Positions 8,096 through 17,464 of a stretch of 64,000 nucleotides of DNA are shown piece by piece. The stretch covers positions 7,361 through 71,360 of the forward strand of contig JAKFCX010000013.1 of the NCBI GenBank assembly GCA_036676415.1. Direction: 5' to 3'. The notes beneath the pieces were generated by a model. The model was not told the origin of the DNA, ran no database searches, and was given only the letters and a program-made list of their open reading frames with translations. The translations under genes were made by a program, and so were the position numbers. Every line of letters starts with the position of its first letter. The first letter of the stretch is position 1. The stretch is from Chitinophagaceae bacterium. Lineage in GTDB: Bacteria > Bacteroidota > Bacteroidia > Chitinophagales > Chitinophagaceae.

Positions 8096-9193
8096 ATGTC
8101 TCATCTCCCCGAAAGAAAGGAAAAGATCTGTTTAAATTGTAAATCGGTGATCTATGGTCGCTTTTGCCATATTTGTGGTCAGCAGAATACAGAGCCAAAA
8201 GAAACTTTCTGGGGCCTCGTTACACATTTTGTTTACGATGTAACCCACTTTGATGGAAAATTCTTTGCTACTACCAGGCATCTTTTATTTCGTCCTGGCT
8301 ATTTGGCATATGAGTATTTAAGGGGAAGAAGAGCCAGCTATCTCAATCCAATCAAGATGTATGTTTTTACATCTGCTTTCTTTTTCATCATCTTATTTGC
8401 TTTTGTAATTGATACTGATAAAGATGAGGCTTCAACCGCTAAACAAAAATCTGCGCTTATCCACCAACGAAATGAGCTGGAATCTGCTATACTCAATGAA
8501 ACAGATAGCAGTGAGAAGAAAGATCTTCAAAAAGAATTGAAGCGGTTGAACAACAGGATCAAATATTTTGGCCAGACAGGTGTTATTAAAATAGCTGATG
8601 ATGACAGCACCGAGATCGATACACTGAATGCGATAGGTGGTCAAAAGCTGCCTAAAACAGTTGCGAAATATGATTCCATACAAGCTTCATTGCCAGCTGA
8701 AAAAAGGGATGGATGGTTGTATAGGACGGCTGTTCGCAAAATAATTTCGATTAATGATAAATATCGTGGAAGCAGGAAACAATTCTGGGCTAAGGCCAAT
8801 GAAAAATTCACACATTCTGTTCCACAGATGATGTTTGTTTCATTACCATTGGTGGCATTAATACTGCAGTTATTGTACATAAGGCGAAAGCAATATTATT
8901 ACGTGAACCACGTGGTGTTTACTGTAAACCTTTACATAGCCATTTACTTACTGTTACTGGTCTTTTATTCTTTTGCAAGCTTGTTTTCCTTAACGGGTGT
9001 AAGAATATTTGAAGTACTGGCAACGCTTACATGGCTGGCGATTTTTTTCTATGTCTATAAATCGCTACGCAATTTTTACAGGCAGGGCAGGGCAAAAACA
9101 ATTCTGAAATACATCTTGTTTCTTTTCATGTTTTCAACAATGATTAGCTTGTTAATGCTTGTTTACCTGCTAACTTCAGCACTTCAATTGTAA
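8096..9193 (+). CDS. DUF3667-like membrane protein with an N-terminal zinc ribbon
   Basis: 365 aa. Contains CLNCKSVIYGRFCHICGQ, then THFDGKFF...LLFRPGYLAYEYLRGRRASYLNPIKMY, and C-terminal TM helices. Confidence 0.8.
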   Translation: MSHLPERKEKICLNCKSVIYGRFCHICGQQNTEPKETFWGLVTHFVYDVTHFDGKFFATTRHLLFRPGYLAYEYLRGRRASYLNPIKMYVFTSAFFFIILFAFVIDTDKDEASTAKQKSALIHQRNELESAILNETDSSEKKDLQKELKRLNNRIKYFGQTGVIKIADDDSTEIDTLNAIGGQKLPKTVAKYDSIQASLPAEKRDGWLYRTAVRKIISINDKYRGSRKQFWAKANEKFTHSVPQMMFVSLPLVALILQLLYIRRKQYYYVNHVVFTVNLYIAIYLLLLVFYSFASLFSLTGVRIFEVLATLTWLAIFFYVYKSLRNFYRQGRAKTILKYILFLFMFSTMISLLMLVYLLTSALQL

Positions 9194-9198
9194 GGAAT

Positions 9199-9972
9199 AT
9201 GCAAAATCTTTCTGATTCTTTTCTGAACCTGGTTAAGATTATGGATGAATTGAGGGAAAAATGTCCCTGGGATAAAAAACAGACCATTCATACACTCCGT
9301 TCAATGACAATAGAAGAGTTGTATGAACTGGCTGATGCCATTACCGATGAGAACTGGCAACACATCAAAGAAGAATTAGGTGATCTTTTGTTGCATATAC
9401 TTTTCTATTCGAAGATCGGCACAGAACAACAACAATTCACTTTACAGGAGGTGATCGATTCGATTGCTGATAAGCTGGTTGTTCGGCATCCACATATTTA
9501 CGGAGACGTAAAAGTGAATTCTGAAGATGATGTAAAAAGAAACTGGGAGAAGATAAAGATCAGGGAAGGCAAAAGCTCAGTATTAAGCGGTGTCCCTGTT
9601 TCATTACCAGCAATTGTAAAGGCAAGCAGGATCCAGGAAAAAGCAAAACAAGTGGGCTTTGAATGGGAGAATAAAGCTGATGTATGGAAGAAAGTGGAAG
9701 AGGAGATGGAAGAGTTGAAAGAAGCAGAGACCATCTCCGTTGAACGAACCGAAGAGGAATTCGGTGACCTCTTATTCAGCCTGGTGAACTATGCACGGTT
9801 TTTGCATATTGATGCCGAAACTGCTTTAGAGAAAACGAATAAAAAGTTTATCTATCGTTTTCAACTCATGGAGGAGAAAGCAAAATCTAACGGGAGATCA
9901 TTAACAGAGATGTCCTTGCAGGAAATGGATAATATCTGGAACGAAATCAAAAATAAAAAAGACAATTCTTGA
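9199..9972 (+). CDS. mazG: nucleoside triphosphate pyrophosphohydrolase MazG
   Basis: 257 aa. Contains CPWDKKQT, the EELYELADAI..EELGDLLLHI EExxE/D motifs, and a second MazG half (EEFGDLLFSLVNYAR). Confidence 0.9.
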   Translation: MQNLSDSFLNLVKIMDELREKCPWDKKQTIHTLRSMTIEELYELADAITDENWQHIKEELGDLLLHILFYSKIGTEQQQFTLQEVIDSIADKLVVRHPHIYGDVKVNSEDDVKRNWEKIKIREGKSSVLSGVPVSLPAIVKASRIQEKAKQVGFEWENKADVWKKVEEEMEELKEAETISVERTEEEFGDLLFSLVNYARFLHIDAETALEKTNKKFIYRFQLMEEKAKSNGRSLTEMSLQEMDNIWNEIKNKKDNS

Positions 9973-12900
9973 TTGAATTTCTTAAAACATCATTTAATAC
10001 AAGGCGGCATCTGCTTATTGCAGCTGTTTGGATGTTTGTTATTTCATTCCTGGTAAGTTCTTTTTTCTCTTACAGAACTTCACTTACAAGAGCCCAGGAT
10101 CAGGTAGAAGATTATTTACACGAGAACCAGGAAGCATTTCACGAGCTTATAAAGGATACCTCGCAGGTTTACCGGCTTCATGCAGGTTTACTCAACTCAG
10201 ATAATAAACCCCCGGTATATGATGAGCCTTATGGGTTTTTTATCTATTCAGTAAACGACATTGGTAATCCTATACTCACATTCTGGAATACTCACGCTGT
10301 TGAACCGCTTATCAGCGATGTACATAGGAAAGATGGCAGCAGGTTGGTGCAGTACCAGAACGGATATTTTGTTTTAGAGAAACATACATTACAACTGAGG
10401 GATGAGCAACTTCTTGCTATTGCACTTTACCCTGTTAAATGGAACTACTTCCTCGAGAACCGCTATTTAAATTCTGAGTTTGCTGCATTAAAAGGTGCCG
10501 GGAAACTGTATACCGTCTCTCCAAATCGGGGTAGTAATGCGGTAAAAGATTTACATGGGAAGGCCGTTTTTTCTTTAGTGAACACTGATAATAAAAGTAT
10601 TCATCGTTATGATAATTTTTCCGTGGTACTTTGGATATTGGGAACCCTTTTTCTATTCTTTTACATCAATAGCGTAGCCAATAGAATAAATAAGAACAGT
10701 GGTTTGTTAAGATCTTCATTGTTTATTATAGCTATCATTATTGTTTACAGGCTCATCATCATTTTTATTCCTTTTCCTTTTGATTTTAAAAAGCTGGAAT
10801 TATTCGACTCTTCGATTTACGCATCTTCGATGCTATTGCCTTCTCTAGGTGACCTGCTATTGAACACCCTGTTGCTTTTTTGGCTGGTAACCTTCCTGAA
10901 AACTCATTTTATTTCACGTAGACAATTACCTTTCAGAATTACAGAACGGCAAACCTGGATACTGAATGCTGTTGTATCTGCCATACTTATTTTTTCAGCG
11001 TTTCTTTTGGCCGATATTGTTCAAAGCCTCGTGGAAGATTCGCAGATATCGTTTGATGTAACTGATTTTTCCGGTCTCGATATTTACACGGTAGTATCAT
11101 TCTTCATACTCACATTGCTGCTCCTTTCTTTTTATCATGCAAGTCATATACTGCTGCATTTTGTAAGCCTGCTTCCCCCAATGGATTTGAGTTATCGTTT
11201 GCTGATGTCGGGAATGATCGGGTTACTCATACTTGTCTTTAGTCCTTTTGATACCGCTAATAGTATTAACGTAATAGTGCTGGCCTGGCTGATGATCTAT
11301 CTTTATACTTTGCACAAACGGCAGCAGGATTGGAGAAGACCGATCATGAGATCTTCCATGTTCATCTTCTGGATCATGTTCTTTTCATTGTCTGTAACTT
11401 CTATATTGGTTTACCAGACAAGAAGAACAGAAAAGGAGGAAAGGAGGATTACAGCAGAAAGGCTTGCCATTCAAACAGACCCGTCTGGTGAGAACCTGAT
11501 GGGAATTGCTATCACCAACCTCGAAGAAAAATGGCTGGCAGAAAACTATCATCGCTTTGGTATAGAGAATGCCAATAAGTTTCTTAAGGATAGTCTCATC
11601 ACAGAAAATTTTGCCGGCTATTTAAATAAATTCGATACGAGGATCTATACTTATGATAGTTTGTTTCATCCTTTGTATAATGAAGATTCTACAACATATC
11701 CTATCATCAAATCACTGATTCAGACAAGTGCACAGGGCACCAGAACAAAAGGGCTTTATTACTATGAAAATGGACCTGACAGGTTTAGTTATTTGTTTGA
11801 AAAGGAAGTCAAAGGAAGAGAAGGAAACACCGCCGGCTATCTTTTTATTGTAGCCAAACCAAAGCGGTATAAGAGTGAAGCATTGTATCCTGAATTATTC
11901 AGTCAGTCATTGGATGGTTCTGCAGACATGAATTCGAATTATAGTTATGCTATTTATAATAATGGAAAACTGATTAATAGCTATAACGATTTTAATTTTT
12001 CCAGGCAGCTTTCTGCAAGACAGATGCCTGTACTTGAACTGGAATGGCGTGAGGTAGGTGACAGATCAGAGCTGTGGTATAAAGCTGCAAGTAATAAGGT
12101 GATTGTGGTAGTAAAAAAGAATTCTACTTCAATAGAAGCAGTTACCTTATTTGCATATTTCTTTTTTAGTTTCCTGTTTATTGTTTTGTTATTTCATGCC
12201 GGTAGGTTTCTGGTAAAGTCAAATCTCGATTGGAATAAACTTCGAAAAGCGGCATCGTTATCTATCAGGAACCAGATTCACCTGACCATCATTTTCATTA
12301 GCCTTTTCTCTTTTATCATCATTGGGATTGCCACTATTTCTTTTTTTGTTGTACGATTTAATAAAGCCAACACTGAAAGATTAGGCAGGACCATCCAGGT
12401 GATGGCAAACGAGATTGAATCCAGAGTAAATGCCATCAGGGTGTCTGACGACCAGATATCAATCAATGATCTTGGTTTGAGCAGTGAGTTGGATAAAGTA
12501 TTAGCGGAAGTATCTGACATTCATAATGTGGACGTGAATTTTTATGATAAACAAGGAGGTCTTCGTTTATCTACCATTCCTTACTTATATAATAAGGGGA
12601 TTTTGAACAGGAGAATGAATCCCATTGCATTTTTTGAGATGGCTCATAACCGTAGAGCAGAATGGCTGCAAAAAGAAGCAGTGGGAAGCTTCTCTTACTT
12701 AAGTATCTATATTCCTATCAAAGACGAAAGTCAGCAAACATTTGCTTATCTAAATATTCCCTACCTCAATTCGCAGCGAGAGTTGAACGAGGAGATATCG
12801 AATTTCCTGGTAACGCTTATCAACCTGAATGCATTTATATTTTTACTGGCAGGAGCGATTGCATTCTTCCTGGCCAATAAGATCACCTCATCGTTCAATA

Positions 12901-13724
12901 TCATCACTGCTAAAATGCGTGAAGTGAATCTTGGCCGTGTAAATGAAGAGATCACTTGGAAGAACCGAGATGAGATTGGTGCATTGGTGAATGAATACAA
13001 CACGATGGTACGAAAACTGGAAGCTAGTGCCGATGCACTTGCAAGAAGTGAAAGAGAAGGAGCGTGGAGAGAAATGGCAAGACAGGTTGCTCATGAAATA
13101 AAGAATCCACTCACACCTATGAAACTGAGCATCCAGCACCTGCAAAGAGCCATTGATGCTGGTTCGCCAAATGTAAAAGAGCTTTCTCAAAGAATGGCTT
13201 CAACCTTAATAGAACAGATAGACCAGTTAGCTAAGATTGCTGCAGATTTCTCGCAGTTTGCCAACATTGGTAATATCCGTCCGGAAGTCGTTGATGTGGA
13301 GCAGGTACTACAATCTTTGATCGGTTTATATAGTTCTGATGGTAATCTTTCTTTGCAATTCAATTCAACAATTCAGCAGCCAAAAATATATGCTGATAAA
13401 ACACAGATCAATCGTCTGTTCACAAATCTTATCAAGAATGCCATTGAAGCGAGCAACGAAAAAGAGGTGGTTTATATTCATATCAACATCACCAGTATAG
13501 ATGATAATGTATTGATCACTGTTCGTGATGAAGGTGCTGGTATTGCTGCAGAGATGCAGAAGAAAATATTCTCGCCTAATTTTACTACCAAATCTTCAGG
13601 TACAGGTCTCGGTCTTGCAATATGCAAAGCCATTGTGGAAAAAGCAAATGGAGCCATTTGGTTTGAAACGGAAGAAGGGAAAGGAACCACGTTCTTTGTA
13701 TCCTTTCCGGTTTATATGGGGTGA
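9969..13724 (+). CDS. large multi-TM sensor histidine kinase (HAMP + HisKA + HATPase, NtrY-like H-box)
   Basis: 1251 aa. Many N-terminal TM helices, a HAMP region, H-box AHEIKNPLTPM, N box LIKNAIEA, G boxes DEGAGI and GTGLGLAI. The TTG start overlaps the mazG stop (TTGA). Confidence 0.85.
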   Translation: MIEFLKTSFNTRRHLLIAAVWMFVISFLVSSFFSYRTSLTRAQDQVEDYLHENQEAFHELIKDTSQVYRLHAGLLNSDNKPPVYDEPYGFFIYSVNDIGNPILTFWNTHAVEPLISDVHRKDGSRLVQYQNGYFVLEKHTLQLRDEQLLAIALYPVKWNYFLENRYLNSEFAALKGAGKLYTVSPNRGSNAVKDLHGKAVFSLVNTDNKSIHRYDNFSVVLWILGTLFLFFYINSVANRINKNSGLLRSSLFIIAIIIVYRLIIIFIPFPFDFKKLELFDSSIYASSMLLPSLGDLLLNTLLLFWLVTFLKTHFISRRQLPFRITERQTWILNAVVSAILIFSAFLLADIVQSLVEDSQISFDVTDFSGLDIYTVVSFFILTLLLLSFYHASHILLHFVSLLPPMDLSYRLLMSGMIGLLILVFSPFDTANSINVIVLAWLMIYLYTLHKRQQDWRRPIMRSSMFIFWIMFFSLSVTSILVYQTRRTEKEERRITAERLAIQTDPSGENLMGIAITNLEEKWLAENYHRFGIENANKFLKDSLITENFAGYLNKFDTRIYTYDSLFHPLYNEDSTTYPIIKSLIQTSAQGTRTKGLYYYENGPDRFSYLFEKEVKGREGNTAGYLFIVAKPKRYKSEALYPELFSQSLDGSADMNSNYSYAIYNNGKLINSYNDFNFSRQLSARQMPVLELEWREVGDRSELWYKAASNKVIVVVKKNSTSIEAVTLFAYFFFSFLFIVLLFHAGRFLVKSNLDWNKLRKAASLSIRNQIHLTIIFISLFSFIIIGIATISFFVVRFNKANTERLGRTIQVMANEIESRVNAIRVSDDQISINDLGLSSELDKVLAEVSDIHNVDVNFYDKQGGLRLSTIPYLYNKGILNRRMNPIAFFEMAHNRRAEWLQKEAVGSFSYLSIYIPIKDESQQTFAYLNIPYLNSQRELNEEISNFLVTLINLNAFIFLLAGAIAFFLANKITSSFNIITAKMREVNLGRVNEEITWKNRDEIGALVNEYNTMVRKLEASADALARSEREGAWREMARQVAHEIKNPLTPMKLSIQHLQRAIDAGSPNVKELSQRMASTLIEQIDQLAKIAADFSQFANIGNIRPEVVDVEQVLQSLIGLYSSDGNLSLQFNSTIQQPKIYADKTQINRLFTNLIKNAIEASNEKEVVYIHINITSIDDNVLITVRDEGAGIAAEMQKKIFSPNFTTKSSGTGLGLAICKAIVEKANGAIWFETEEGKGTTFFVSFPVYMG

Positions 13725-13835
13725 TCAATGATTGCAACGCAATCATCTCGCTGCGAATTCTGCGATTAATCTCTCCTAAAATAGAGTGCTGTATTTCCTA
13801 TCGATCATTCCATTCATCCACAAGAAAAAACTTGC

Positions 13836-15503
13836 TTACCTTTTTGTCTTCTGCATCTCCACCCATTGTTCAAATTCCTTCAAAGAAAAACTACTCAGAT
13901 TCTTTTCCTTTGGTAATCCAGCTTTTTGAGCTGCTAAAACACCATAACGAGTATCGCTGAATGTTGCTGCACTGTGCGCATCAGGGTTTATCGATATCAA
14001 AACTCCCTTCTCCAACGCATAATCAATTTGCCGCCAGTCCATATCTAATCTTCTGGGGTTTGCATTTAATTCTATCACAACATTATTCGCTGCACATGCA
14101 TCAATGATCTTTTTGTAGTTCACAGGATAACCGTTCCTGCTCAGTAATAATCTGCCGGTCATATGACCTAGAATAGAGGTGTAAGGATTTTCGATAGCTT
14201 TCAGCAACCGCATCATTGCTTTTTCTTCGTTCATATAAATATTAGCATGAACAGAAGCGATAACAAAATCGAATGTTGCTAAAACTTCATCGGTATAATC
14301 AAGACTGCCATCACCCAGTATATCCGACTCGATACTTTTAAAAATTTTGAATGGTGCAAACTGCACGTTCAGTTGATCAATCTCCTCATGTTGTCTTACG
14401 AGTTGCTCTTCTGATAATCCTTGTGCATATGCTGCGGTTTTAGAATGATCACTGATCACCAGGTATTCTTTTCCCTGTTGTTGTGCAGCTTTGGCCATGG
14501 TTTCAATGGTGTCAACGCCATCACTCCATTTACTGTGTGTATGTATGATGCCTTTGATCTCTTCAGGCTCTATAATGTTGAATGTTCCTTTTAAGCCAGC
14601 ATCAATCGATACTTTATGTTCCCTGTAAAAAACAGGTATCGCGGCGATTTTATTGTCCGTGAAAATATCATCTTCACATCCATAGGTGGAAGTTTCATAA
14701 CTACTGAAATGTTCCTTAAAGCAGGTTAGAAAATCTTCACTGCAACTTGTTTCGAATAACTTTTTGCAAAATGTGCTTTTATCGGTGAGGTAAAATCCGA
14801 GTTCTACATTTTCAGGCCCTTTGATGGAGAAGTAATTCGCTTCATCTTTCTGTTGAGTATACAGTTCTCCAAAAAATGTTTTAATATCATCAACACTAGC
14901 TGTTGTAACCCATTCCAGTTTAGTGATCACTTCTAGCTGTCTCCTGAATGCTCCTGTTAATCCAAACTGTTCACCTTTGTATTTCTGTTGAAGTTTTTTA
15001 TCTAACTCCCGTGCATAGCTTTCTATCTGTGCATACAGGTAACTACCCAGTGAATTCATGTAAAACTCTATCGCTCCTCTTATTTTGTCCTGTGTCTTCT
15101 CGCCAAAGCCTTTGTATCGTGTCAACCTGTTTTCATTGCAGGCATACAACAGTTCACCAATGTTTTGAATATCCATTTCCTTCCAGACCGTAGCAATTTT
15201 TTTAGGACCAAGTCCTTTGATAGAAAGCATCTCAATTATGCCGGAAGGTGTTTTTTGCATATACTCATCCAAAGCAGAAAGTCTTCCTGTTTCCAGCACT
15301 TCCAGGATTCGTTTCCCCATCCTGTCTCCAATGCCTTTAACAGCAAATATTTCTTGTGACGACATATTGGCTAACTCTTTCTCCAGCTTATCTATGGTAA
15401 AGGCAGCAATGGAATAACTTTTAGCCCTGAAGCTGTCGTCACCATGTATATCCATGAGTTTGGAAAGGAGAGAGAAGTTCTCTGCAATAACATAATTATC
15501 CAT
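13836..15503 (-). CDS. PolX-family protein (HhH + Pol-beta-like core + C-terminal PHP domain)
   Basis: 555 aa. N-terminal HhH region (IKGIGDRMGKRI, IKGLGPKK), palm segment TGAFRRQLEVITKLEWV, PHP motifs IIHTHSKWSDG and others. Confidence 0.85.
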   Translation of the reverse strand: MDNYVIAENFSLLSKLMDIHGDDSFRAKSYSIAAFTIDKLEKELANMSSQEIFAVKGIGDRMGKRILEVLETGRLSALDEYMQKTPSGIIEMLSIKGLGPKKIATVWKEMDIQNIGELLYACNENRLTRYKGFGEKTQDKIRGAIEFYMNSLGSYLYAQIESYARELDKKLQQKYKGEQFGLTGAFRRQLEVITKLEWVTTASVDDIKTFFGELYTQQKDEANYFSIKGPENVELGFYLTDKSTFCKKLFETSCSEDFLTCFKEHFSSYETSTYGCEDDIFTDNKIAAIPVFYREHKVSIDAGLKGTFNIIEPEEIKGIIHTHSKWSDGVDTIETMAKAAQQQGKEYLVISDHSKTAAYAQGLSEEQLVRQHEEIDQLNVQFAPFKIFKSIESDILGDGSLDYTDEVLATFDFVIASVHANIYMNEEKAMMRLLKAIENPYTSILGHMTGRLLLSRNGYPVNYKKIIDACAANNVVIELNANPRRLDMDWRQIDYALEKGVLISINPDAHSAATFSDTRYGVLAAQKAGLPKEKNLSSFSLKEFEQWVEMQKTKR

Positions 15504-15507
15504 AACC

Positions 15508-15515
15508 CAAATGTA
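15508..15515 (-). promoter_or_regulatory. -7 box TACATTTG, 4 nt upstream of the PolX ATG
   Basis: Reverse complement of CAAATGTA. The spacing to the ATG at 15503 is 4 nt. Confidence 0.45.
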
Positions 15516-15568
15516 AAAAATTCAAGGCTATGCAACAGTGTAAAGCATTAATGAACGCAGTGCGTTCA

Positions 15569-15922
15569 TTAATTGAAATGATTTGTAAAAAAGCTGAGCA
15601 GCTGCTCATCACCCATTTTGTTGGAAGTGCTTTCGCTGGTAACAGCATTTTTATATTGAGGCGTATCAGCAAGAAATTTCATGAATTGCTCCTGCACCTG
15701 GCCTGTACCAGTGATATGTATCTCATCGATATTCGGCATTTTATTAGCGATCTCTTTAAAGTACTTTGTAGATAAAGCATCTGACTGCTGATTTGATGCA
15801 TCATTAGAAACAAGCCCAAGCATCACAAATTCACCGCTATCAATATCTTTTCTTCCTGCTATCCTGGCAACTTGTGTATCCATCCACACGCCATACTGTT
15901 TTTTATTCTTTGGTGTTGTCAT
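15569..15922 (-). CDS. hypothetical protein
   Basis: 117 aa from the ATG at 15922 (MTTPKNKKQYGVWMD...). I recognise no family with confidence. Confidence 0.55.
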   Translation of the reverse strand: MTTPKNKKQYGVWMDTQVARIAGRKDIDSGEFVMLGLVSNDASNQQSDALSTKYFKEIANKMPNIDEIHITGTGQVQEQFMKFLADTPQYKNAVTSESTSNKMGDEQLLSFFTNHFN

Positions 15923-16142
15923 ATTATCTGTTTCGTTTAAAGGTAGACTTAATAAAATGGTACTAAGATCTAATTGCAACACTTGATTTTACTGCTGCTT
16001 ATATAGACTAAGATGAACGGGTTAGAGCTTTTCAAAATCGTGCACTGAATAACTGGAAGATCAAAACAGGAGGTCAATTTCTAAATAACAGGCTGCCGAA
16101 AAGCATGAACCCTCAAAATCATAACCGGAATACTATAAAAAT

Positions 16143-16171
16143 AAAAAGTCCCGGAACTTCCGGGACTTTTT
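16143..16171. terminator. bidirectional terminator downstream of the histone-like gene
   Basis: A5, then GTCCCGG-AACTT-CCGGGAC, then T5. Confidence 0.75.
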
Positions 16172-16192
16172 AAGTCTATTGCTAGACGAAGA

Positions 16193-16378
16193 CTATTTCT
16201 TCTTAGCAGCTTTTTTTGCTGTTTTCTTAGCTGCGGCTTTTTTCTTAGGAGCAGCTTTCTTAGCAGCTTTTTTAGGAGCGGCTTTCTTTGCAGCTTTTTT
16301 AGGAGCAGCTTTCTTTGCAGCTTTTTTAGGAGCAGCTTTCTTTGCGCCTTTTTTAGCGGCTTTCTTTGCAGTTGCCAT
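16193..16378 (-). CDS. histone H1-like lysine/alanine-rich DNA-binding protein
   Basis: 61 aa: MATAKKAAKKGAKKAAPKKAAKKAAPKKAAKKAAPKKAAKK... It has an ATG start and a terminator downstream. Confidence 0.75.
   Translation of the reverse strand: MATAKKAAKKGAKKAAPKKAAKKAAPKKAAKKAAPKKAAKKAAPKKKAAAKKTAKKAAKKK
16234..16344. repeat. 27-bp tandem repeat (about 4 units) inside the histone-like gene
   Basis: Units CAGCTTTTTTAGGAGC(G/A)GCTTTCTTTG at 16264, 16291 and 16318, with one degenerate 30-bp unit before them. Each unit encodes AAPKKAAKK. Confidence 0.85.
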
Positions 16379-16455
16379 GTTAATTGAATTTAATGGTTAG
16401 TTAATAATGGCTTAAAAATAAGCACTTTATTTAAACTGCAAAAAAATATTTTTTG

Positions 16456-16722
16456 TTACGCCGTTGCTTCAACTGCTTTTACAGATACTGTTGTTTTTTC
16501 ATCTCTGGTTTTTCTGAACTCAACAACACCATCAGTTAATGCAAAAAGAGTAAAATCTCTTCCGCAACCAACGTTCTTTCCAGGATGATAAACGGTACCT
16601 CTTTGACGAACGATAATGTTACCAGCGATTGCAGGTTGTCCACCAAATATTTTTACACCAAGGCGTTTGCTTTGTGAGTCTCTACCGTTCTTAACCGAAC
16701 CTTCACCTTTTTTGTGTGCCAT
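16456..16722 (-). CDS. rpmA: 50S ribosomal protein L27
   Basis: 88 aa: [29 protein letters not shown]... Confidence 0.95.
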   Translation of the reverse strand: MAHKKGEGSVKNGRDSQSKRLGVKIFGGQPAIAGNIIVRQRGTVYHPGKNVGCGRDFTLFALTDGVVEFRKTRDEKTTVSVKAVEATA

Positions 16723-16767
16723 AACTTTTAGAATTTAGAAATTCGAATTTCGAGTTTCGAATTTTAC

Positions 16768-17067
16768 TTATGCGATACTTTCAATTTTGATCTGTGTGTA
16801 CTGTGTTCTGTGGCCATGCTTTTTTCTGAAGCCTTTTCTTCTCTTCATTTTAAAAGCGATCACTTTATCACCTTGTACAAACTCGTTTACTATTTCAGCT
16901 TTTACAACAGCTTTTGCATCTGTTGCAATTTTATTGTCGTTAGATGTTAACAACACTTCGCTGAATTCAACTTTGTCTCCGTTTTTTCCTGACAGGTGAG
17001 GTACATACAGGCTTTGACCTTCCTGTACTCTAAATTGCTGACCTGCGATTTTTACTACTGCAAACAT
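16768..17067 (-). CDS. rplU: 50S ribosomal protein L21
   Basis: 99 aa from the ATG at 17067 (MFAVVKIAGQQFRV...). The ORF-track start at 17079 is a TTG four codons upstream. Confidence 0.9.
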   Translation of the reverse strand: MFAVVKIAGQQFRVQEGQSLYVPHLSGKNGDKVEFSEVLLTSNDNKIATDAKAVVKAEIVNEFVQGDKVIAFKMKRRKGFRKKHGHRTQYTQIKIESIA

Positions 17068-17090
17068 GGCTTTATCCAAAATTAGGACGG

Positions 17091-17098
17091 CAAAAGTA
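17091..17098 (-). promoter_or_regulatory. -7 box TACTTTTG upstream of rplU-rpmA
   Basis: Reverse complement of CAAAAGTA, 23 nt before the ATG at 17067. Confidence 0.45.
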
Positions 17099-17173
17099 AG
17101 GGTTTTACCTTAAAAGGAAGAGGGAGTAGAAAGATTTTTTGTTAACCAGCTCTAAATCTTCGTGGCATCGGCT

Positions 17174-17193
17174 CTTGTGTCACTCACTTGTAC
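17174..17193 (-). repeat. Family A element, variant arm CTTGTGTCACTCACTTGTAC
   Basis: Identical to the arm at 46706-46725. Lies in the divergent rplU/GH3 spacer. Confidence 0.8.
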
Positions 17194-17440
17194 GTTCAAG
17201 GCATTGTGGAACAAAGCGAAGATAGGCAATACTGACAACCCGATTTATGCAGATTTGTACTGATTTTCAGTGATTAAGGTTTATTAATTGTCTCATGTTG
17301 CCCATAGAATCGAACGATCAACTGATTGCGATGCAACATTGGATGCCATTAAACCTGAAGCCTGTATTAAATAATCCGTCATAATCAGTTAAATCAGTGT
17401 GATCTGTGTTCCCAAATTGCCCTTATCCATGTTCCTATAG

Positions 17441-17448
17441 TACATTTG
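17441..17448 (+). promoter_or_regulatory. -7 box TACATTTG upstream of the GH3-family gene
   Basis: TAnnTTTG match, 16 nt before the ATG at 17465. Confidence 0.45.
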
Positions 17449-17464
17449 CCACCATTTTATCCGC

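Noticed and set aside
13721-13960. 79-aa plus-strand ORF after the large histidine kinase
   Set aside because: It overlaps the 3' end of the PolX gene in antisense, and its composition is not protein-like.
16179-16400. 73-aa plus-strand ORF (FLAAFFAVFLAAAFF...)
   Set aside because: It is the mirror image of the Lys/Ala repeat gene on the minus strand. It is a low-complexity artefact of the 27-bp tandem repeat, and the minus-strand gene has the ATG start and the terminator.
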